Shown here piece by piece: positions 52,741 through 63,888 of a stretch of DNA of 63,888 nt. The stretch comes from Octopus bimaculoides (taxonomy: Eukaryota). Numbering within the stretch: the first letter of the stretch is position 1; each line of letters begins with the position of its first letter. Below the pieces are notes generated by a model. It did not search any database, had not been told where the DNA came from, and saw only the letters and a program-made list of their open reading frames with translations. Both the position numbers and the translations under genes were made by a program. The stretch is taken from positions 4,688,420 through 4,752,307 of the forward strand of contig NC_068998.1 in assembly GCF_001194135.2 (NCBI RefSeq), given 5' to 3'.

Positions 52741-54835
52741 GTGGGATTATTGTGCATACATACATACATACATACATACATATACATGTGTCTGTATGTG
52801 TGTGTTTTCGTGTTTGTCTCCTACTCCAGACAACCGTTTGGCAACCGGCATTGAATTATTTTTATCCCCGTAACCTGGCGGTTCGTCAATAGTGTCCGGT
52901 GAACTGGGGTTGATTTATCCAGCTAAAACCTTCAATATTTTATCTCAGCGTGGCCGCTCTCCAATGAGTGAAGCAGAGAAAACAGTATAGTTTAAAGCTA
53001 CACGCGTAATTGTTTGGGAAAAAGTTTTGCTTGCGAACCACATGGCACCGAATTCAGTTCGACTATGTGGAACCTTGGGCAAGTGTTTCCTGGTGGTGTT
53101 GGTGGTGGTGGTGTTGGTGGTGGTGNNNNNNNNNNNNNNNNNNNNNNNNNNNNNNNNNNNNNNNNNNNNNNNNNNNNNNNNNNNNNNNNNNNNNNNNNNN
53201 NNNNNNNNNNNNNNNNNNNNNNNNNNNNNNNNNNNNNNNNNNNNNNNNNNNNNNNNNNNNNNNNNNNNNNNNNNNNNNNNNNNNNNNNNNNNNNNNNNNN
53301 NNNNNNNNNNNNNNNNNNNNNNNNNNNNNNNNNNNNNNNNNNNNNNNNNNNNNNNNNNNNNNNNNNNNNNNNNNNNNNNNNNNNNNNNNNNNNNNNNNNN
53401 NNNNNNNNNNNNNNNNNNNNNNNNNNNNNNNNNNNNNNNNNNNNNNNNNNNNNNNNNNNNNNNNNNNNNNNNNNNNNNNNNNNNNNNNNNNNNNNNNNNN
53501 NNNNNNNNNNNNNNNNNNNNNNNNNNNNNNNNNNNNNNNNNNNNNNNNNNNNNNNNNNNNNNNNNNNNNNNNNNNNNNNNNNNNNNNNNNNNNNNNNNNN
53601 NNNNNNNNNNNNNNNNNNNNNNNNNNNNNNNNNNNNNNNNNNNNNNNNNNNNNNNNNNNNNNNNNNNNNNNNNNNNNNNNNNNNNNNNNNNNNNNNNNNN
53701 NNNNNNNNNNNNNNNNNNNNNNNNNNNNNNNNNNNNNNNNNNNNNNNNNNNNNNNNNNNNNNNNNNNNNNNNNNNNNNNNNNNNNNNNNNNNNNNNNNNN
53801 NNNNNNNNNNNNNNNNNNNNNNNNNNNNNNNNNNNNNNNNNNNNNNNNNNNNNNNNNNNNNNNNNNNNNNNNNNNNNNNNNNNNNNNNNNNNNNNNNNNN
53901 NNNNNNNNNNNNNNNNNNNNNNNNNNNNNNNACCGCTAAGCATTTCACCCGGCGTGCTAACGTTTCTGCCAGCTCACCGCCTTTCTTAAACTTCAAAATA
54001 ATAATAAAGCACAGATAAATATTGAACCAGCGTTTTACAGTTTCTGAATGTCTCACGTTTCTCTTGAATTTCTTTATGAAACCATGTCCACCTTTCGACC
54101 TACACCCAATTCGGTGTCAAGTTACTCAAGATTTATCACAAGTCAGTCCTTGCCTCCTTTCACACGCACAAATAACTCACTTTCTTATATTGTTTGGCAA
54201 TTCTCTTAATTCTTAACTTTGAAAAGACAGACATCCAAGCCCCCACCCTCTCCACTCCTCCGTCTTTTTTCCGCTCCACCTCCCACATACACAACACACA
54301 CACACACACAAATACGTAGACATCCCATATAGAAAAAAAAATTCCTTAAAATAAAAACACACAAAAAACATTTTTTTTAGTATCAAGAACAACAATAAGA
54401 GCGACACGAAAATAATTATAACACAATAAAAAAATATAAAGGGGAGGGGCTGAAATAAGAACGAAATACCAAAGAACAAAAGAACGACAATAACGACAAA
54501 AAACTACGGCAAAAACTACACCAACAACAAAAAAACATAAAATATTCAATAAACAAATAATGTGCTACAGAGCGTAAAGTGTATCTCGGCTAAGTCACCA
54601 GGGGAGTAAATAGTGCTCTAGTTCGTTCTCAACCAAACCCCTAACAACATAGACGTCGGTCAGAAGAAATCTGACCCTCGATGTATAAGACTAGAAGGGG
54701 GGGGGGTTGTGGAGTTTTTTGTTTTTTTTTGTGATTTTATTTTTACTTTATTTTATTTATTTTCTTTCTCTTTTTGTTTTTTCATTTGTTAACCTTTTAT
54801 ATCGGTTTCTTTGCATATATTAGCTTTAGTGTTGG

Positions 54836-54892
<57 letters not shown>

Positions 54893-55152
54893 ATGCCCTT
54901 CATCCGACGGAACCCCTGTGGAAAATGAATGGAATCCCCTATGATAGACGACGTCATTCTCATGGTCATTGTCACCGGCTATGATATTCCCATCGTCATC
55001 ATAATTATCATCGTCATCATAGTCGTCGTCGTCATCATCAACATCATCATCGTCGTCGTCGTCGGCGTCAACATCAACATCATCAACATCATCATCACCG
55101 TCGTAATCACCGTTGTTGTCAGCGTCGTCGTCGTCAGTAGTAATAGCAGCTA

Positions 55153-55193
<41 letters not shown>

Positions 55194-55336
55194 TCGACCC
55201 CTTAATTTTGTCCGACAAAAGGCTTCGTCAGCCGTGTAAACATTAAGTACAACGCAATTGAAGCGTTACGTTCCTCACAATTTAGGGTCTGGCCTGGTTT
55301 ATCAGGGAGACAATTTACAAGCAATCATCTTTTGCC

Positions 55337-55392
<56 letters not shown>

Positions 55393-55402
55393 ACATACAT
55401 AC

Positions 55403-55439
<37 letters not shown>

Positions 55440-55764
55440 GTGTGTGTGAGTCTGCTTGTCTTTCTATTTATGCATCTGTCTGTCGGTCTATCATCAGTCA
55501 CCATCATCATTACATATTCGTGGCACTCCGTCGCTTACGACGACGAGGGTTCCAGTTGATCCGATCAACGGAACAGCCTGCTCGTGAAATCAACGTGCAA
55601 GTGACTGAGCACTCCACAGACACGTGTACCCTTAACGTAGTTCTCGGGGAGATTCAACGTGACACAGAGTGCGACAAAGCTGGCATTTTGAAATACAGGT
55701 ACAACAGAAACAGGAAGAAAGAGTGAGAGAAAGCTGTGGAGTTCGCAGGGTTCGCCACCAACCA

Positions 55765-55858
55765 CTGCAGCACGAAATAGGAAAGTTATGGGGCATGAGG
55801 AAAGTAATGGTGATACCAGAGGTAATTGGCGCATTGGGAGCAGTTTCCAAGAGCTTTG
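55765..55858 (+). mobile_element. C-terminal fragment of an RLE-type (R2/R4/NeSL-like) non-LTR retrotransposon
   Basis: LQHEIGKLWGMRKVMVIPEVIGALGAVSKSF resembles the end of the restriction-like endonuclease domain; it is cut by a gap. Confidence 0.6.
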
Positions 55859-56117
55859 NNNNNNNNNNNNNNNNNNNNNNNNNNNNNNNNNNNNNNNNNN
55901 NNNNNNNNNNNNNNNNNNNNNNNNNNNNNNNNNNNNNNNNNNNNNNNNNNNNNNNNNNNNNNNNNNNNNNNNNNNNNNNNNNNNNNNNNNNNNNNNNNNN
56001 NNNNNNNNNNNNNNNNNNNNNNNNNNNNNNNNNNNNNNNNNNNNNNNNNNNNNNNNNNNNNNNNNNNNNNNNNNNNNNNNNNNNNNNNNNNNNNNNNNNN
56101 NNNNNNNNNNNNNNNNN

Positions 56118-56205
<88 letters not shown>

Positions 56206-56902
56206 TCTCAGAAGAAGTGGTTTTTATCATCGAGATTTTGTTCCTAAGTGGAATATCTCACATTTTCGTTCACGATGTGTCCTATTTAATCAGGTCGTTG
56301 CTTTTAAATGAAATATATATATATAAAAAAAAAACAAACCTGTGAGTTCATCATATGTAAACGCCATGTTCGGCTTTAGATATGCTAGTTTGTTGATAAT
56401 GATGGGTTCAAAGTTAAACTTTAGAAAGGAGTTAGTTGCTTTCAAGTTCGCCATAGATGTCTTAGCTGGGTCTGGGTTGAGCTGACAACAAAAACGTCAT
56501 TTACAGACGATCGTGAAATGGAGGACGCAGAATGTAAAGAGAGATGTTTTGCATAACGGACATCCAGCAGACGGCTGTTGAACCCGTTATTAAACACATG
56601 GGTAATGATTGCCTGGCTGTTTTCGTTTCCTAGAAGTAGAATGCAGAAAAACAACTTAAAAGCTGTTTTAAGATATTGGAAAGCGGAATGAATCTTTTAA
56701 GGTAGTGACCATCTTTATTGGCAATGATGCCTAAATTTTCACGAAGGGGTATCACTATCTCATGATTGTGAGCCCGAGGCTCTGACCACTGAACTATGTT
56801 CCTTCACACACACGTATATATATAATGGCAAAATTAAGCAAAATGTATAAATGGATGACGAGTATAGCACCATGTCTAATACATCTTCTATTTTATTAAC
56901 GC

Positions 56903-56960
<58 letters not shown>

Positions 56961-57275
56961 AATTTAGAACAATCAGTAGAAGGTTGTCATTATAGTACTC
57001 GGAGTTTCGAATGTCGGAGCCAAGAGCTACGATGCATTCTTGTCGGCAATTAACGCTATGAAAAACCGTTGAATAAAAGGGAAGTTACTCTAATAGGTAG
57101 AAAAAGAAAACAAAGATGAAAAATATATGCATACATAGGCATAAACTTCCTGCGTTTACAACGTTTACATACGTACACACTCACAGAAATATGTATGCGT
57201 ACATGCACATACACACGCAAACATAAGTATGTACGTACTCATACATACGCAGATATCCACACACACACGTACACA

Positions 57276-57316
<41 letters not shown>

Positions 57317-58043
57317 NNNNNNNNNNNNNNNNNNNNNNNNNNNNNNNNNNNNNNNNNNNNNNNNNNNNNNNNNNNNNNNNNNNNNNNNNNNNNNNNNNNN
57401 NNNNNNNNNNNNNNNNNNNNNNNNNNNNNNNNNNNNNNNNNNNNNNNNNNNNNNNNNNNNNNNNNNNNNNNNNNNNNNNNNNNNNNNNNNNNNNNNNNNN
57501 NNNNNNNNNNNNNNNNNNNNNNNNNNNNNNNNNNNNNNNNNNNNNNNNNNNNNNNNNNNNNNNNNNNNNNNNNNNNNNNNNNNNNNNNNNNNNNNNNNNN
57601 NNNNNNNNNNNNNNNNNNNNNNNNNNNNNNNNNNNNNNNNNNNNNNNNNNNNNNNNNNNNNNNNNNNNNNNNNNNNNNNNNNNNNNNNNNNNNNNNNNNN
57701 NNNNNNNNNNNNNNNNNNNNNNNNNNNNNNNNNNNNNNNNNNNNNNNNNNNNNNNNNNNNNNNNNNNNNNNNNNNNNNNNNNNNNNNNNNNNNNNNNNNN
57801 NNNNNNNNNNNNNNNNNNNNNNNNNNNNNNNNNNNNNNNNNNNNNNACACATAAACACATAATATATATACATACATATACACATACACATTCACACAAT
57901 TAAGAAGGAAAAACGAAAAAATGGAAAAGTATATTAAAAAAATAAATAATAAAAAATAAAAAATTAATGGAGTTCTCATTCTTTTGTTGTTACTTTTTAT
58001 TATATATATATATAAACACACACACTTATATATACATTTATTT

Positions 58044-58097
<54 letters not shown>

Positions 58098-58538
58098 ATG
58101 TATGTATGTATGTATATACACACACACACATAAATAAATAAATAGATAGATAGATAGATATACATGCATGTATGTATGGATGTTTTCATGTATGTACATT
58201 TTTTATAGAATCTTCTTCAGTCACTAGTAACTAATTTACATACGGCCTGCATGCTGTTTCGTGGCACCACTGGCTGTTCGGCCAGTATTAATCTAAACCA
58301 TTTTGACAGATTTTCAGCCTGGCAGTAGACTTGGCTAGCTGCTGGTGATGATCCGCGATACGGTGAAATCACGGGAAACGGTAGTGCCATCCGCCAGACT
58401 ACCGGCAGAATTTTATAAATCAATAATAGAATTTCGATAGCGTGTAGCATTTGACGTCTACACGAAACGATGTTTCGGGACGTTTACAAAAATCTAAAGC
58501 GTTATAAACAACACATCCAAGTTAAGTCGTGTGTGCTA

Positions 58539-58594
<56 letters not shown>

Positions 58595-59385
58595 GACTTG
58601 TGTGACTGTGAGAGTGATGTGTTGTGCAGAGTATGATATTACTTGTTTAAGCATTTGTATGTACGGTCGCCTCATAATAAAACTAGGTAANNNNNNNNNN
58701 NNNNNNNNNNNNNNNNNNNNNNNNNNNNNNNNNNNNNNNNNNNNNNNNNNNNNNNNNNNNNNNNNNNNNNNNNNNNNNNNNNNNNNNNNNNNNNNNNNNN
58801 NNNNNNNNNNNNNNNNNNNNNNNNNNNNNNNNNNNNNNNNNNNNNNNNNNNNNNNNNNNNNNNNNNNNNNNNNNNNNNNNNNNNNNNNNNNNNNNNNNNG
58901 GTGGTGGTGGTGGTGGTGGTGGTGGCGGCGGTGGTGGTGTTGGTGGCGGCGGTGGTGGTAGTGGTGGTGGCGGTGGGGGTGAGTATAGATAACTAAAGAT
59001 TTAAGAGCCGAGTCGGTTGAATGATCTATATATATTGAATATACGGGACATATGTTATGATGTGTAAGTGTATGTGAACGTGTGTTGGCGTGTTTCCATT
59101 TGCAGATATATGTATATGAAAACACACACACACACAAACACTTACTCAAACTCACACACAAACACACACACACACGCACGCACATTTATTTAGAGTCTAA
59201 TACATGGATACGTAGAATCGTGTCAGTATCACAGTAAGCTCCTCTCACGTATTCGGCTATCAGACCCACATAGTAATCCATTACAGTGAGGTGTAAAGCA
59301 GTTAAATAAATATATTCACCTCTCATACCACCTGAAATTTTATAATTTACACACACACACACACACACACATACACATATATATA

Positions 59386-59423
<38 letters not shown>

Positions 59424-60380
59424 TGAATATATTTGTGTGTCTGTGTTCGTACCACCACCATCGCTTGACTAACGATGTTGGCGTGTTTACGTTCCCGTAA
59501 CTTAGCAGTTCGACAAATGACACCGATAGAATAAGTACTGGGCTTACACAGGATAAGTCCTGGTGTCGATTCGTTCAACTAAAGGTGGTGCTCCAACATG
59601 ACCGGTCAAACGACTGAAACAGGTAAAAGAATAAACGAATATGTGTGTGTGTCTCTGTGTATGTGTGTGTGTGTGTGTGTCAGTGTGTGTGTGTGTGCGC
59701 GCGCGTGTGTGTGTGTGCGCGCGTGTGTGTGTGTTAGTTGATTCAAAATGCTATAACTGAACAAGACAGTAACATTTGAAAGACAAGCAAAGAGACAGAT
59801 AGACAGCTAGAAAGAGAGGGAGGAAGAGAGGAGGGGAAGAGAGAGGGGGGAAAGCAAGGGGAATAGAGAGTGGGGGAGAATGAAAGGAGGTGGGAACACA
59901 CAAAACTAGTTAACGCATCCGCTCCTGTTACATTTAAGTATATGAACAAAAAAAAAAGCAATCTCCCACCAACACACACACACACACACAACAACAACAA
60001 CAACAACAACAACAAAAATGTAAACAAACCAACCAACAAACAAACAAATTAAAAATGCTTAACACACAAGTCAACCAACCATTGCAGAGAAATATAGGAA
60101 TAAATAAAAACGTTTCTGCCTCAACAAACTTTTCTGAAATAAAATCATTTATAAACAATCGCGAAATTATAAGGTGGAGAGAAAAACGCCGCTCGTAAGT
60201 TGGGAAGTGTTTAACTACCTTCTTCATCCTCCTCCTCCTCCTCCAAGAAGAAGAAGAAGCAGAAGAATGATAATAATAATAATAAGGATCTTTTCTACTC
60301 TAGGGACAAGGCCCGAAATCTTTTGGGGGAGAAGGCCAGTTGATTAGACCGACTCCAGTATGCAACTGGTACTTAATTTA

Positions 60381-60988
60381 TCCAGTTCATTTTGGGATAG
60401 AGTGATTTTCTCAGATGAATCCAGATTTGCATTATTTTCAGACAGTGGACGTGTTTGGGTCTGGAGGCTCCCCAATCAATAATTTGATTTGAAACGACTC
60501 CAACTAACTGTGAAACATAGCGGTATCTCTGTAATGGTATGGGGAGCTGTCACCAGCAATGGTCGTTCTGAGCTGATCAAATGTGTTGGAACCATAAACT
60601 CTGAAAAATACATTGAAATACTTAAGCAAGGAGTACTTCTGATGTATTCACACGAAAACATACCGAAAATGAATTTTTATTCATGGAAGATGAGGCTCCA
60701 TGCCACATGGCGAAAAGGAATCAACAATAGCTGACTGAAAATGGAATCAAAAAGCTTCCTTGGCCCAGCCAATCTCCTGACATGAACCCAATTGAAAATC
60801 TTTGGAGCATGCTAGATAGAGCTATACGAAAAACTCGACAGAAACCTAAATCTAAAAATGAATTGTTTCGATTGTTGCGTGAAAAGTGGGCAGAAATTCC
60901 ACAAGAGACAATCACAAAGCTCATCAGTTCAATGCCAAAAAGAGTTTCTGAATTAAAAACTGCAAAAGGAATGTCAACTAAATACTAA
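60381..60988 (+). pseudogene. Tc1-like DD34E transposase catalytic domain, inactivated
   Basis: FWDRVIFSDESRF...VMVWGAVTSNG...(frameshift)MEDEAPCH...WPSQSPDMNPIENLW...WAEIP...SMPKRV...KGMSTKY*. I count 34 residues between the second D and the E. In-frame stops at 60480 and about 60728, plus one frameshift; the N-terminal half is absent. Confidence 0.92.
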
Positions 60989-62013
60989 AATATGTAGTCC
61001 TACCTATCGAATACATTTCACTTGTTCGCTTTGTGTATCAAATAAAAGATTTTGAATATTAAAGGTATCTATTTACTTCCTGCATGTCTGTGTATATATA
61101 CACACACGCACATATATGAGTCAGACATTCGGCTACAGCAAATTGCAATGTGCCGTAGATGACAGTAGAAGAAACAACGGAATAATGAATATCTAGATAA
61201 AAGAGACGATTATTCATAACATGGAATGGGATTCCAATTGCACACTGCTCAGTGCAATTTTGAAATTACTTTTGTTTTAAACTGATCGCCAGAAACTACG
61301 GCGAAATACCAAATTGATTTAGGATATTGAACAGAGTAATATAAAACCAACAACAGTCACAGATATTGTACATGAAAGTATCATATTAAGAGGACCCGCC
61401 GATTAATAACCGAACAGATTCTATCTTTTGAAGAAGAACATTGACATGAGCAGAGCGGAATGGTTCCTGGGTCAAGTGACTGTTTCCGCGTTTGTGAATT
61501 TTGGGTTCAATTGACACCGGTTTCTTGTTTTTTTTTTATTTTTATACATACACACATGTGTGTATCTTGATTTATATAGGCACACACCACCTCACTATCC
61601 TTTCCTCACTCATCAATAGAATGCAATCTAATCTGTCTCACAATTACTTCCATTGCTTTGTTTACAATTATCTTTTGTCATTCTTCTTTTTTATTCCAAT
61701 CGCCTTCTGTCATTCTTTTCATTATTTATTTATTGATAAGATATTAGTGTCCGAAACGTCATGACGCTTTTTCGTCTTTTTAAGTTTTAAACTAATAAGC
61801 ATGCATGTATGTATGCATGTATGTATGTATGTATGTATGTGATTATTAAGTTTATTTTAAGATTTCTTGCCAATAGAGAAAGAACCGGTTTCTAAGCTTA
61901 TGTATGTATGTAAGTACGTACGTATGTTTGTAAGTATGCACGTATGTATGCATGTACGTACGTATGTATGTATGCATGTATGCATGTATGTATGTATGTA
62001 TGTATGTATGTAT

Positions 62014-62340
62014 GGAGGTGCGTAGCTTAGCGGTTAGTGTATTCGGCTGACGATCATAAGGTTGTGGGTTCAGTTCATGGCGGCGTGTTGGTTCTTTGAG
62101 CAAGACACTTTATTTCATGTTGCCTCAGTCTACTCAGCTGTTAAAAATGTGCCAGTAATTCAAAGAGGACCAGCCTTGTCACGTTCTTTATCGCGTTGAA
62201 TATATCTGAGAACTACAGAACTACGTTGAGGGTACACGTGTCTGTGGAGTACTCAGCCACCTGCATGTTAGTTTCACAGCCATAAAGTTCTGTTGATCAG
62301 ATCCACTAAAACCCTAATCGCCGTAACCGATGAGGTGCCA
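62014..62340 (+). mobile_element. SINE family C copy with a different 3' tail
   Basis: Head and core are shared with 41708; the tail is shared with 55520-55690 in reverse orientation. Confidence 0.75.
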
Positions 62341-62792
62341 GATATACATTTATTTACTGGATCAACATTTCCGACTAAACCCTCGAAGGAAGTGCTCCAG
62401 CATGGACATTGTCAATATCTATGACGTGAGAACGAAGAGAAATCGAACAACGAAAAATGATTGACAATAACCAGAGATACCAACAACTTCGTATGAATGA
62501 AAGGCAAAATAGATCTCACCAGTATTTGAGCTCAGAACATGAAGATGGGCGAAAGGCCGCTTTGTATTTCTTCCGGTGTAGTAACTACTCTCACCGTTAT
62601 CTACATACCAACAATAATAATAATCCTTTCTACTGTAGGTACAAAGCCTGACATTTGGGGGCGAGGGAGTAAGTCGATGACATCGGCCCCAAAAGATGAT
62701 GACATCGCCCCCGGAAGGTTGAAAGGCAAAAGTCACCTCGGCGGAATTAGAGTTCAGAACATAAAGACTGACAAAATTGCTGCTGCTGCTTC

Positions 62793-62831
<39 letters not shown>

Positions 62832-63888
62832 TGATAATGATAATAATAATGATAATAAGCAAATAAAACAACGCAATGGTGATCATGGTGACGGTCATAA
62901 ATCTTTAAAATGCACTTTTCAATAAACATTGGAATAGAAAAAGAAAAAAAATTAACTCTCTGTCCATCCTACCCTCCCCATTTCTCCCCCCCTCCTGCCT
63001 CTTCTATTATCATATCTGGGACATATCTGAAATACCAGAAATTAAGACAGACACACTGACAGACAGACGGTCTCACATAGCAAAAAAAGAAAAAAAAGAA
63101 AGAAAGAAGAAAAGAAGGAAAGCAGTAACCAGCAAAGGAGCCATAAATGTATTCTGCATTAGTTAGTAGGTTGGGCCTTGTTAAGTAATGACTGACTTTA
63201 GACGGTGAGAAAGAATATTTTTTTTTTGTCTTTTTGTTTTTGTTTTTGGCGGGTGTTTTGTTTTATGAAAAGCGTGCATACGGGATATGCCCTAAATGAC
63301 GACGGAAAACGAAGACAATATACAAAACAAAAATAATAACAAAAGCTATATATATATGACTGTGTGGTAACAAGTTTGCTTCCCAAATACATGGTTCCGC
63401 TGTTCAGGCCCACTGCATCAGTGCATGGCACCTTGAGCAAGTGTCTTCTGCTATAACCTCGGGCCGAACAAAGCCTTTATCCGTCTTGCTAAACGGAAAC
63501 TGAAAGAAGCCCATCGTATATATGTATGTGTGTGTGTGTGTGTGTGTTTGTGTCAATGTTTGTATTCGTAATTGTGTACCATGTTCTCCATTTTTTTTGT
63601 TTATTTGTTTTATTTAATCTTTGTTGCTGTACACATTCGCTAGCTTTCTTACGAAGGGGTCTAATACTCTTAGCTTAGACTTTTTGGAGGGTAACTAGAT
63701 CGAACCATCGCAAGTGTAACTGTCCGAAATGGTCGTGATTTCTGGGACTTGACCGAGGAAAGAAAGGCAAGAATGACCCGTCTTTTTTCTCCTGTCCTTC
63801 TAATTATTGCTTCTCTTGTCCGTCTATCTGTCCGAACGTTTTAATGCCCTCCATTGCGTGTTTGTTCCATTTATATATATATATATAT

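Overview
AT-rich eukaryotic genomic DNA with many N gaps. The repeat landscape (dense microsatellites, three tRNA-derived SINE families, degenerate LINE, Tc1/mariner and Penelope-like pieces) resembles octopod cephalopod genomes; that assignment is my inference, not a database result. Almost all ORFs in the supplied track are microsatellite or gap artefacts. The one gene I can support is a spliced, secreted FGF of the FGF8/17/18 subfamily on the + strand, with coding exons at 1234-1294, 22121-22286, 27832-27932 and 28987-29238. All have canonical AG/GT boundaries and join in frame (intron phases 2/0/1/0, as I recall for vertebrate FGF8). The start-codon exon is uncertain (candidate 970-977, or upstream of the window). 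Assembled protein of about 195 aa: (MLR)LLWLLLPFVFVLVQSDINVL|SYNYSAYLARHKSVDINQKFQSPQTVLIRSRCSDEFIELGPSGKIRAEGSENSEH|ASLTIQYGPFGMVRIRGSENKYMCFNQKGRLILR|RNPKIFRCIFVARMMNGTYIFQLASFQRWAVGFRKNGRPLRGHKYSTQRRKCFEFYLRVRDSPKENFSPIKDPIFLSALKTNR*. It is divergent: it has an extra Cys pair and Ala where FGFs usually have a receptor-binding Glu. The 34 kb downstream has no recognisable host gene, only transposon remnants, two long inverted-repeat structures and a diverged tandem duplication. I found no clearly new biological system; the best leads are the unusual FGF and its intronic splicing and dsRNA features.
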